Assembly (NCBI GenBank): GCA_004022145.1 | Contig: RCNU01000003.1 | Strand: one strand, 5' to 3' | Source: Paecilomyces variotii | Taxonomy: Eukaryota | Length of the DNA stretch: 64,000 nt | Part shown: in pieces, positions 1 to 10,953 of the stretch | Position numbering within the stretch: position 1 is the first letter of the stretch | How the letters are laid out: each line of letters begins with the position of its first letter | Made by a program: the position numbers and the translations under genes | Notes under the pieces: generated by a model | The model's database searches: none | What the model was told of the DNA's origin: nothing | Seen by the model: the letters and a program-made list of their open reading frames with translations, nothing else

Positions 1-1040
1 ATGCCGCGTATGGGTGTAGGTATAGACCAACGCGATCATATAACGGGTTAACAAGGTTGAATGTGTTCAAGTCGATCTACATTGCGTGTCAGCGATTACT
101 CAATAAAGACAGGGAGACCCTACTAACCTTTGCAAGGAAGGAAGCAATCGATTCTTCCTTCATATCAGTGCGTGAGTATTCCTTGACAGCTTTTGCTGTC
201 AGCAAGATACGGTTCCACTGGTCTTGGTTCGTATCTCGAATCTCAGCGGCATGCGTTTCGAGCATCTGAAAGATGTCGAACTCCGAGTCATCGTATTTCT
301 GATTTGCCCGGCGCAGAATAATCCGTAAGACAGCTCTCGCAAAGTTGGGTAGGATCTTCGGTTGTAGCTTGCAATAGATTGAGCATTCAAGTGAGTGCGC
401 GAATTTCCAGTCCTTGGATTGGCAGGCCTATTTGAAATCATTAGTGACAAAGGATCATCACAGTCATATATGTGAGCGGTTACTGCCAACAAGTGATAAT
501 TGATGACGGGAGTCGTCCCCAACTTCACGTCACTGACAGTTACCGCCTTATATAGGTGACAGGAATCATAACGACCACTGAAGAGAGTGGAAAGAACAAA
601 ACAAAGCAAAGAACCAAACAGAGCCTTTGAAAAGACAAGATCATAGAATTGTAATGAAAGGAAAACAAAGAATAGCTGACAACCCCTACCAACTATTACA
701 TAAACATTTTCATTTTCAGACATGGCTGAAAACGATCTTATAATTGAACAGGAACAGACAGAAACATGGAACTCACCCTATCACAATACCTCACAACCTT
801 ACATCCCGTACAAGCTTTCGGAGGCTTAACCCCGTCAAAAAACTGCTTTTTCCCAAAACATCCCGAGCAAGTATCCTCGAGCTTAGGAGTATCGAGCACA
901 GCAACAAAGGGACGGTTCGTCTTCAGCACATCTTCTCCGACATTGATATCCTTTGTAGCAAAGAGGCCATTGCCCATGTTGTCGGTAAGACGAGGCATGG
1001 CTTTAGTGTCCATTGATGGTGGTTGGTTGTGGGGTGACAT
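1..1040 (-). CDS. SET and MYND domain lysine methyltransferase (SMYD-like), 3' end outside the window
   Basis: Exons 1040-777, 427-128, 76-<1, joined by phase-0 GT-AG introns. The protein has an N-SET motif (GNGLFATKDI), a MYND finger (CSGC...CTGCKVVRYCDR|ACQSKDWKFAHSLEC) and GLYLHPYAA, which precedes the SET NHSC motif. An alternative ATG lies at 1013. Confidence 0.88.
468..695 (-). ncRNA. Candidate intronic box H/ACA-like structured RNA
   Basis: Lies in the 349-nt intron 428-776. Stem 694-679 pairs with 569-554; H box ATATAA at 553-548; second hairpin 547-475; ACA at 473-471. Many G-U pairs form only on the minus strand. Paired by eye; no target found. Confidence 0.55.
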
Positions 1041-1981
1041 TTTGGGGATGGGTTGGACCAGGAACTTTGAAGCTAATAACAACCAGCTTGTGGATCAAAT
1101 AAGAGAATAGGAAGTCCAGATAGAAGATTCCCAGTCTCACGATTCACACTTCCTATCGCTCACATCCAACAGTTCAATGCCAACTGTTTCACAGGTAAAC
1201 GCGCTCAGAAATAGTCGAGTAAGGTGCGAACAAGATGAAAGTCAGACGTCCCAGAGATCAACGTTGGTTCTATAAGATCAATTCTTCTCTAGCAAGCCTT
1301 CGACTGAATCAATGAAGAAGAGGTACTGTCTTCTGCTCTGAGAGGTCTATCGTGTTCTCTGTTGATCAATCAAAGGTTAATTTGTGACGGTCGTCTTGAG
1401 CCAGTCAAGAGACAAGTAAGAGGGGCAACAGAATCCACAATCACGTGGTTTCCACTTGAGATCCAATCCTGGAATAATATAATACAGTTCATCTCCTGAC
1501 AGAGCAACACGGGGTAATTATTATTTTGAAGGCTGTAGAATTTGATATAACTCTAGGTATATATACACGTACATACGTAGATGAGCTAATTGACAGACCC
1601 GACAAGATAACAGAAGAAAAAAGAACAATGTTCTGCCTTCTCTGTACTTGACATGAGCGCATATGCAGCAAACCTAGTATGACAATAAATATGAAAGGGC
1701 AGACAAACAAGAGATTAGCTGCAAATACAAATAAAATCGTGGAACAGGAATTATCCACTCCTCCATACTCCTGCCCACAAGAACATCGTAAACAAGAGGA
1801 ACGAGGCAGGGCAGGCGCTGTAACGAGCAAATAACAGGTCTATCAGGAGTAGTAGACAGCATTCATGCGAACAATCGTCTCGCATAAAACCGGAAAGAAC
1901 TTTTCATCTAGCCAATGCGTAACTCGGGAGAGGGGAATGTATCTCTTCTTCTCGATCTTGGAATCATGCCAAGTCGAGTAT

Positions 1982-4900
1982 TCACAGAAGCTTACCACCA
2001 ACGAAGTCAGACCAGGTGCGGACCTCGGAGGGGATACCTTCCTTGCGGGGCAGCTTCTCGTTCATGCACTGAGCGAAGAGAAGAGCAGTCTGCAATTGAT
2101 AGCCATTAGCAAAAAGGCACAAACATAAATACGGGGGATTGGGATTATCTTTTCATACCTTTGGCTCCATGAAGAGAGGGACACCAAAGTCAACAGCATT
2201 TCGGCGCATAACATAGTCCTCGTCGAGAAGAGTCTTACCCCTCTGCTTAGCAAGGTTGAAGACACCGCGGATGTCATACTTCTGGAACACCTCACGGAGC
2301 GCCCTCTTGTCCTGCTTGGGGAACTCAATAACGTCCACAGTCACGTTGCCCTTGGAAGCAGACTCGAGATGAGCCTTGACCTCGGGGCTAGCGGCATACA
2401 GCTTGTAGCCCAGAGGCTGCACGAAATCAACGATCTGGGTCAGGTAGTCACGGAGGTCACCACCGAAGAGAAGACCCTCACCAGGCTCCGGGACACGGAA
2501 GTTCATGGTGGCCTGGAGCGAAGCCCAGTAGGCCTCAACCAAGTCCTTTCCGAAACAGGCAATCTCTCCAGTACTGGACATCTCGACTCCCAAGAAGGGG
2601 TCAGCACCGGCCAGACGGGTCCAAGAGAACTGCGGCACCTTGGTGGCCAGGTAGTCACGCTTGGTGGACATAAGATCAACGGGCTCGGGAACGTCACGTC
2701 CAACAAGGGCCTTGGTCGCAACATCGACGAAGTTGGTACCCAAGACCTTGCTGACGAAGGGGAAGGAACGAGAGGCACGGAGGTTGCATTCAATGACCTT
2801 GAGGTCGGGCTCGCCACCCTCAGCGTTGTCGGCCTTGATGATCTGCATGTTGAAGGGACCGGTGATGTTCCAAGCCTTGGCCACCTTCTCAGCAATCTCC
2901 TTGACACGAGCCATGGTCTTCTCATCCAGGTTGGCCGGAGGAAGGACCAGAGTAGCATCACCGGAGTGAACACCAGCAGGCTCAACGTGCTCGCTGACAG
3001 CGTGCAGGATGAGGTTGCCGTTGGATCCGACAGCGTCGACATCAATTTCCTGAGCACCCTCGATGAACTTGGTGATAACGACGGGGTGATCGGGAGACAC
3101 GGCACTGGCGTTGAGGAGCTTCTCCTTGAGCTCACCAGCGCTGTAGATGACGCTCATAGCAGCACCGGACAGGACGTAACTGGGACGAACCAGGACGGGG
3201 TATCCAACAGCCTCGGCGAATTTCTCTGCCTCGGCGACGGAGGTGAGTTCCTTCCAAGCAGGCTGGTCGACACCAATGCTGTCCAGAATCTGGGAGAACT
3301 TGTGACGGTCCTCGGCCTTGTCAATGTCCTTAGGATCCGTACCAAGGACCTTAGCGCCACCAGACTCCTGCAGACGGAGAGCAATGTTCTGCGGCAGCTG
3401 ACCACCGACAGAGACGACAACTCCAGTAGCAGACTCCAACTCATAGATATCCATAACACGCTCGTAGCTCAGTTCCTCGAAGTAGAGCTTGTCAGCGGTA
3501 TCGAAGTCGGTCGAGTAGGTCTCCGGGTTGTAGTTGATCATGACAGTCTTCTTGCCCATGTTGCGCAGGGAAAGGGTAGCGTTGACAGCACACCAGTCGA
3601 ACTCGACGGAGCTACCGATACGGTAGACACCGCTTCCCAGAATGATCGTTCCGTGGTCATCGAAGGTCACATCGTGAGACGTGGCGTTGTAGGTGGTGTA
3701 GAGGTAGTTGGTGTCAGCAGGGAACTCGGCGGCCAGAGTATCGATCTTCTTAACCCATGGTCTGATACCGAAGCTCTTTCTGCGAGCACGAACATCGTCC
3801 TCGGTAGCGCCAACGCAAAGAGCAATCTGCTTGTCAGAGAAACCGAGCTTCTTGGCCTTGAGCATCATATCCTCCTTGATGCCGAAAAGGCTACCGATCT
3901 CCTTGAGCTCATTCTGGCAGTCGACAATGTTCTGGAGCTTGTACAGGAACCACTTGTCGATCTTGCTGAGCTCGTGAACGCGGTCAACGGAGTAGCCCTC
4001 GTGGAGCATAGCCTGTCCGACAGCCAACCAGCGGCGGTCGGTGGGGTTTGCGAGAACCTCATCGAGGTTCTCGAACTTGTCACCCTGGAAACCGATGAAT
4101 CGAGGGTCAACCTGACGGATAGCCTTCTGGAAGGACTCCTCGAAGGTACGACCAATAGCCATGACCTCTCCAACGGACTTCATGGCACTTCCAATGTCGC
4201 GGTTGACGTGCTGGAACTTGCTCAGATCCCATCTGGGGATCTTGGTCACAATGTAGTCCAAACTGGGCTCAAAGTTGGCCGTGGTGGTCTTGGTCACAGC
4301 GTTGGGAAGCTCAGGCAGGGTGTGTCCGAGACCGATCTTGGCAGCGGTGTAAGCCAGCGGGTAACCGGTAGCCTTGGAGGCCAGGGCAGATGAACGAGAC
4401 AGACGAGCGTTGACCTCAATGACACGGTAGTCCAGGCCATCGGGCTGCAGCGCATACTGGACGTTGCACTCTCCAACGACACCGAGGTGACGGACAATCT
4501 TGATAGAGGCAGTACGAAGCATGTGGTACTCCTCATCAGACAAAGTCTGACTGGGCGCAACGACAATAGAGTCACCAGTGTGGATACCAAGAGGGTCGAA
4601 GTTCTCCATGTTGCAGACGGTAATACAGTTGTTGGCAGCATCACGGACGACTTCATACTCAACCTCCTTCCAGCCCTTGAGAGACTTCTCCACGAGAATC
4701 TGGGGGGCAAGAGAGAGAGAGCGGGAAGACAGGTTCCTCAATTCCTCCGGGTTGTTCGCAAAGCCAGAACCCAGGCCACCAAGGGCATAGGCGGAACGGA
4801 CAATGATGGGGTATCCAATGTTTTCGGCGGCCTTCAGCGCCTCTTCGACAGTGTTAACGGCAATGGACTCAGCGATGGGGATGTCAATCTCATTCAAAGC

Positions 4901-5779
4901 CTTGGCGAAGAGGTCACGGTCCTCACTGGTCTCGAGGGTCTTGACGCTGGTTCCCAGAACCTTGACGCCATATCGGTCGAAGATACCCATGCGGTTCATG
5001 TGCACACCCAAGTTCAGAGCGGTCTGACCACCGAAGGACAAGAAGATACCGTCCGGACGTTCTCTCTCGATCACGTAGGTGACATATTCGGGCGTAACGG
5101 GCAGATAGTAGACCTCATCCGCGAGCTTGTGGTCTGTCTGAATCGTAGCAATGTTCGGGTTGACCAGAACGGACTTCACACCGGCCTCCTTCAGAGCCTT
5201 GAGCGCCTGGGAACCTGCAATTTTTTTCAATCTCCGCGTCAGTCAACTGCTACTAAAAAAAGGATGAAATCCCATGCGGCCGGTTCCTCAATCGATCGAT
5301 CCCTGGAAGTTGCGCGTCCCAGGAAATCTTATCCTCCGAAATTTTTTTTATTCTACCGTCCCGCTCGCTTGGTACAAAAACTGAATCCAACCCTCCTCCA
5401 GACACGCAGACTTACCAGAGTAATCGAATTCTCCAGCCTGTCCAATGGCCAGACCGCCACTTCCAATCACCAGAACCTTCTTCACATCGACGATATTGTC
5501 AGAATCCTTGACCACACCGCTGGCAAAGTAGGCCTTGGACGAAGGGGGGTTCTCAGCCTCCGATGCCAGACGGCGGAGAGAGCTGGAGAAAGCGCGCAGC
5601 TGCTGCGGTCGGTAAGGCGAAGGGAGCTTCTGCTGTAATCGCAGACCAGACGCCGTCGAGCGGGCAGCAGTCTGGGTAGAATACGAACGCAGGGCCAATG
5701 TCGCCGGTCGCGTCTCCGCGAGGCATCGCTGGCGCAGGAGCGAAGAGCTCAACCGCGCACAGCGGGCTGGAAGAGCCAT
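1982..5779 (-). CDS. CPA2: Arginine-specific carbamoyl-phosphate synthase, large subunit (mitochondrial presequence)
   Basis: Exons 5779-5416, 5214-2159, 2089-1982. KKVLVIGSGGLAIGQAGEFDYSG|SQALKAL, two ATP-grasp halves (IEVNARLSRSSALASKATGYP; IECNLRASRSFPFVSK) and an Arg/Ser-rich N-terminal targeting peptide. No fused GATase or ATCase domain. Confidence 0.97.
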
Positions 5780-6085
5780 GTTCTGGAGAAGCGGGGAGGG
5801 GTGGACTTTTTGGAGATAATTTGACAGGGAAAAAAATAAAAAAGGACTTGAAAAAGGTGCCCGGAGAGAAGAAGCAGCAGTCAATTGACTGCGAACCAGC
5901 GTCCTCTGGTAGACGGAATGAGAGTGTCTACTCTGGCCTGCTGTTTCCTCTTCTCCTCACACGCGCGCGGCCCTTGGGTAAAAGAAGTAGATATGGATGA
6001 CAAGGAAATTTTCAAGATGCGGAGAGAGACCGAGGAGGAGAGGAAGATTTTAGCGGCGGCTCCAACGAGACTTTTGCCCACCGGA

Positions 6086-6155
6086 TGAGTCAATGGGCGA
6101 AAAAAGACGGAAGAAAGAAAATCAGGGAAAGGATAAGTTGAGAGGGTCCGATAAG
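6086..6155. promoter_or_regulatory. CpcA/Gcn4 element plus paired GATA (AreA-type) sites upstream of CPA2
   Basis: TGAGTCA at 6086-6092; GATAAG at 6132-6137 and 6150-6155; 300-380 bp upstream of the CPA2 ATG. Confidence 0.6.
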
Positions 6156-6715
6156 AGCTCCGGTGTGCGGAGCTCGTTGGTTATTTGTTAATTAGTTAAT
6201 TATTTTAACTTAGTTAGAGTGGGTTTTCTGGGAAGCGGAACACTTTTTTTTCTCTCTTTTTTTTTGCCTGTAGACTACTTTTCTGCCGCCAGCATACATA
6301 AACTGTTCTGCTTATTCTCAGCCACGATGGGATGGTCAATAATGGATATGTTTAATTAGACTGAAAGGACCATCAATTGTTTATTAACCATGTACACATA
6401 CAAATAAATAAGTGGTTGATTCAGCCCATCAATTATTGTATAACTACTGTGTTGAATAATAGTTATTCAACCACTCCGGCAAAGAATCCCGAACAGAGTC
6501 ACGATCTCCGCAATCGTCTGGAGTCGATCAGCAAAGAATTTACCCAGCTAAAACAGATGCAGCCAATCAGTGCGCGATCCGTCCAGAAAACAGTATGCTT
6601 GTGCTCCGCATCAGATCAAATAGTCTCGACTACTCAAGCACTCGGACTGCTATCGCGCGGGTATCATCGCGGGAATCGATCGGTATGAATCATCACAACC
6701 TCTTTCTCGGGACTT

Positions 6716-8347
6716 CTATACGTCTCCAACAACCCCAACACGCCCGTTGAGCCCCGACCAAGGACCCCGTCCTGGCGCGCGCTTCTCCGTCCGGACCTGT
6801 CGAGTTCGGGACCTCGTCGGCCGGACTTCGGATGCCCAGATATCTCCCTCGTCCGGGGTTGCTCCCGCATCGTGCTCCTCCTCGTACTCCTGGTTGATAA
6901 TCTCATAGACCTCCTGCAGCGTCTGCTCTGCGCTCTCTGCCATCTCCTTGCCCACGTCCGTCTTCTCTTCCACATACGCCCGTTCGTGCGTGCGAGCAGC
7001 GCTAGAAGCAAACGCCCAGGCTTGCGCGCGAGACAGTATCTCGTCTGGCTTGGCCAGCTCCGGTGACTCAGCGGCGGATCGCGAACTGATGGCGGTGACG
7101 GCCTGTTTGTAACGAGGCTGGCGAGCCAGCAGTGGGTATTCCGGAAGCAAATGACTCTCATCACTGAGACGGTCCAGCATACGACGCGCTGTAGACTTCT
7201 CCTTGGCCAGGATTCCGGACAGATACGTCTTCTGCAGCGCAAGGGACTTCTGCGTTTTGGACAGAGGCAAAAGCACCTCGCTCGCGTAGGGTAAGAGATC
7301 AAGCACTTCCATGTCCACTACCTCTCCGGTAGAACTTCCCTCAGTAGTAGATTTGAGCGGACTCTTCGCTGGCGGACTCGCCAGCGGTTGCGACGCGACA
7401 GAGATGGAGTCAAGCAGTGCCCGTCGAGATTCCACGTAGCTGGCATATTGGTCTCTGATCTGCTCCTTGCGCTCCTCAATCGCCTTCGACATATCATCCA
7501 CTTCATCCTGCGAGAATTGCGGCAGATAGTCATTGCCTTCTCCCCCGGACGCAACCAGCTTGGCTTCCACCCACTGGACTAGCTCGTCACGGATTCGCTG
7601 CAAAGCAGCAACCTTGACACCAGCAGAGGCACTTCGCGCTTCGAGTGACTCCCGGCTGGCCTGGAGTTCCTGCAGCAGCTTCTTCTCCCGATCCAGCTGG
7701 GACTTCGCCCGTAAGACAGCTTTCTCCAGCTTGTAGACCAGTTGTCCCAATCCCTCGCGCATCTCTTTCGAGCCCGACGTGCCGCCTTCCATCTGACCGT
7801 CCAGCTGGTCTGTTCCCCGCGATGAGTATCCCGACTTGTAGAGACGGTCCAGGTCTGAGGCGTCCGGTGCGTCGAGCCTTGCTAGATGGTCCTCGAAAAC
7901 TTTCAGCTTCTTCAATCGTCGTCGGTCGCGGAGGAGAGCGAGGTAGGTTTGTAGTTCGGCGGAGGGTTCCTTAGACAGACGAGCATCAGCTGCGACGTTA
8001 GTCTGCTTCATGAGCTTCCGCGAAGTGACATCGTCCACGAGTGCATTGTATTCCTTCCGCGCAGCAACATTCTCCCGCAATGCTTCCAAATATTCCTTTC
8101 GCAGTCCGCTGAAGTCAGCAGGCACGCAATCCACGCTCACAACACTCTGCGGGTTGCACAAGGAGATGTGAGGCTGAGACTGCTGATTCCCACCGCTCGA
8201 GCCATCCTCTGCGAATTTGATCTGCGATTGAAGGTATAGAGTCAAAATCTGTCGGGTCCGGAATGCTTCCTGACGGCTCTTGAGATATGGTGCCAAGGGC
8301 TTCGCGAAAGGTGGGATGGATATCGACGTGTCGGGGCGATCCGCCAT
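6716..8347 (-). CDS. Coiled-coil-rich protein of unknown function (543 aa)
   Basis: Single 1632-bp ATG-started ORF with coding-like composition and heptad-like helical stretches (LVYKLEKAVLRAKSQLDREKKLLQEL). No motif recognised. Confidence 0.8.
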   Translation of the reverse strand: MADRPDTSISIPPFAKPLAPYLKSRQEAFRTRQILTLYLQSQIKFAEDGSSGGNQQSQPHISLCNPQSVVSVDCVPADFSGLRKEYLEALRENVAARKEYNALVDDVTSRKLMKQTNVAADARLSKEPSAELQTYLALLRDRRRLKKLKVFEDHLARLDAPDASDLDRLYKSGYSSRGTDQLDGQMEGGTSGSKEMREGLGQLVYKLEKAVLRAKSQLDREKKLLQELQASRESLEARSASAGVKVAALQRIRDELVQWVEAKLVASGGEGNDYLPQFSQDEVDDMSKAIEERKEQIRDQYASYVESRRALLDSISVASQPLASPPAKSPLKSTTEGSSTGEVVDMEVLDLLPYASEVLLPLSKTQKSLALQKTYLSGILAKEKSTARRMLDRLSDESHLLPEYPLLARQPRYKQAVTAISSRSAAESPELAKPDEILSRAQAWAFASSAARTHERAYVEEKTDVGKEMAESAEQTLQEVYEIINQEYEEEHDAGATPDEGDIWASEVRPTRSRTRQVRTEKRAPGRGPWSGLNGRVGVVGDV

Positions 8348-9579
8348 TGCCCCGATCCAACCTGTTGAGTGAAAGCGTGAAATATCTTGGAGAATATCAG
8401 ATCAAGCTAACGGTTAGGAATGGCCCATCAATCATATGTCAACAACACATGCTCTTGGGGGGTTGTTTGTTCTTGTTCTCTTCCAGCCGCTAAGGTGTAC
8501 TAAGTTAACTACCCCGTAAGTTGGAAGCGGATTCGCGCCGATTATGTAACTGCTATCTACTCTCCAGCATCCAGAGATACAAAATAAATAAACCTCATAA
8601 ATAAATAATCTCCCGATCAGGGAAATATCGAGTCTTGAAAGAATTTGGTTCTGGGATCTTTTTGAATCTCCAGGGATCTATATTGAATTGATCGTAAATA
8701 ATAGCCCGAGCGGGTCAGTGACACTATTTTCCCTGTGGCCTGGCTCCGAAATATATTATTCTCTCTCACATACCTTTATTCCAAACCATCAGAATCATCG
8801 CCTTGGAGATCTTTCGAGATCCAGATCAATTGACTCGATTTAGAGCATTGTCTCATGTAGTATATGAATGCACAACATCCATACTGTGTTGAACGGGGCA
8901 TTCTTTCGTTCTATGGGCTGTCTCGTGACACCAGGTCTATTGCGCCGACCAGACGAGCCTCCTTGGGGGCGATCGAGCTAGTTGTACGAGCAATACATAA
9001 TAATACGTCAATTGGTCAAGGGCCATCATCTGGACTGCTTCCGGAAAATAGTAAATATTATTAACCGTTTCATCGCTCTTACAGGGAAAAAGGATCGCTC
9101 AAAAGTTGTTTGATCGACAAGTTGGAAACCAAGCGTACAATGCTCTCAGTGTCAGCGAACGAAGCCATCCCATCTCAGGGCAAGTAGCCTGACTGGGAGA
9201 CATTCGGATTCTGGGCTAGTAACTTGATTTCATCAGCAGTCATCAGGTGTTAGTCGTTTCTAAGCCCCTGAATATCGGTTTATTGGATAGGATGGTTATT
9301 AGGTTAAGGGTCTCCGAGGGAGAGAAGAGAGAGAGATCACCATCGAGCTGAGAAGTTCGGTGGGTCTACGAACTCCGAAGATGGTCTGTGATCTGGTGAG
9401 AGAAAATGTGCCGCCGCCAGTGTTATCGATTCAGTTGTGGCCATTGCAAAACAGGATGCGCATCTAGCGGTCGAAGATGCGTCAAAGAGAGCATAGTGCG
9501 CTGTTACCTAGAAGCATTCCAAGCGAGAAATGCATTGCATGGGAAAAGTCTAAGATAGTATTGCCTTAGAGCAATCAAC

Positions 9580-9925
9580 ACCATCAGATCATCATGATGA
9601 AGATGCGCTTAACTGATTGTCACTAGGTTGAAGTCACCAGCCACGACGGGGAGTGGGCTTCTTTGATATGGTAGACGATCGGACGGGTCATTGACTTCAT
9701 TCGGATAGGACTCCATGTGTGTGTGGCGCTGGGCGCATGAATACGGAGTCCATAGCTCGTCCCAGACTGAGAAATGGCGTGCCTCATGATTAACCGATAT
9801 GAAGTCCAATTCTGCATAACTTAGATATCTGCATTTCAGCCTCGAAAGGCGCAGTGGTATGCCATCCGTCCAATGAGAATATTCTGTTCATCGAACCCCG
9901 TGTGGCGGTGCTGAAAGCTGGCCAT
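9580..9925 (-). pseudogene. Possible decayed endonuclease/exonuclease/phosphatase (EEP, TDP2-like or LINE APE-like) fragment
   Basis: One frame has THMES (9722-9708) then VVAGDFN (9647-9627), in the order of the EEP NTHLES and GDFN motifs, followed by an early stop. Upstream frames are broken. Confidence 0.3.
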
Positions 9926-10081
9926 CTTTTCGAGTTAGACTGTTAGAGGGAAGAATGAATGAATGCGGTGGTGGCGCTCAGACGATATTATTATTTTTAT
10001 AAAATGAGATCAGGAACGAAAGTCTGTCGGCCGTCGAGTTCTCCACATCAGACTGACTGACCCTGTACCTTTCGAACTTGG

Positions 10082-10107
10082 TAATTAATTAATTAATTAA
10101 TAATTAA
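10082..10107. repeat. (TAAT)n AT-only microsatellite
   Basis: taattaattaattaattaataattaa, a near-palindromic repeat. Confidence 0.8.
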
Positions 10108-10953
10108 AGAAGAAGAACCGCACTTTTGTAGACGATCATTATATGAAGATGCCTTGTTTTTTTTTGACAGCACGGAGGATAAAAGATATCTACGCTATGA
10201 AGTCATTGGTGCCTCGTGCTGGCTCGGTACTCAAGGCGAATGTTTCCGACCATTGGCATTTCTGATCTCTGGGCATTTTGTGATGGCCGCTATCTACCTA
10301 GTTAGTTCAATCCATGGTCTTTCTGCAATTTTAGCCTCTGCGCCAATCGAATTGTCGTGCTGAACCACCGGACCAGGTGTTGCAGCTTGTCAGGACTCTC
10401 GCTTCTCTGGTATCCTGTCAAAAAAAAAAAGCCTGAAACGGTATTAACTAATGAACTAATGCGCCGTGCTTCCTCCAGCAACATCTGTATCCGACGCCGC
10501 GCCACACTTTGGGACGCTAGGCCCCTGATAAAGAAATCCGGTTTGAAGGAACAAGATGCATGGCAGTAGCGTCGAGCCAACAATCTTTTTGTTTCCGGCG
10601 TGCTGGCCACAGTCGGGAGTCGAGTGGATATTACCATCCCGCTTCCTCTCCGATTTCACTTTAAGTACTCTTCAGCCGCGCTGTTTGCGGATATCTTATT
10701 CGTCCCATTTGACATCTTTCTTCTCTTTCGGGAACACCGGCTGGTACCGAGAAATTAGAGCAGCCAGCATATATGATCCACTGACCGTCCCAAGCTGCTT
10801 GAGTAAATTCATCTGGACTTTCCTCTCAACTGCCAGTTGCCCATATCCATATCCTCTCTCTTACACCAGACTGTCGGAAAAGAGCTGGAACCCGATTTGA
10901 ACCGTACAACTACAAACACAACCACAACCACAGACAAACCTCGAACCGTTGAC

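Noticed and set aside
501-581. Plus-strand TGATGA...CTGA...CTGA pattern resembling a C/D snoRNA
   Set aside because: Antisense to the host intron, no recognisable rRNA guide, and the wobble pattern favours the minus-strand fold.
199-723. 174-aa minus-strand ORF
   Set aside because: Runs through intron 1 and an off-frame part of exon 2 of the SET/MYND gene.
5215-5415. 201-nt CPA2 intron with a ~9-bp hairpin
   Set aside because: Only a short stem; no C/D, H/ACA or TPP-riboswitch motifs and no nested splice sites evident.
2369-5638. Long plus-strand ORFs (674 aa and 383 aa) antisense to CPA2
   Set aside because: Shadow ORFs. CPA2 codon bias avoids TTA, CTA and TCA, which removes antisense stops; the translations are not protein-like.
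5780-6100. Arginine attenuator peptide uORF upstream of CPA2
   Set aside because: No upstream ATG on the coding strand; the track ORFs start at non-ATG codons, and the attenuator belongs to the small-subunit gene.
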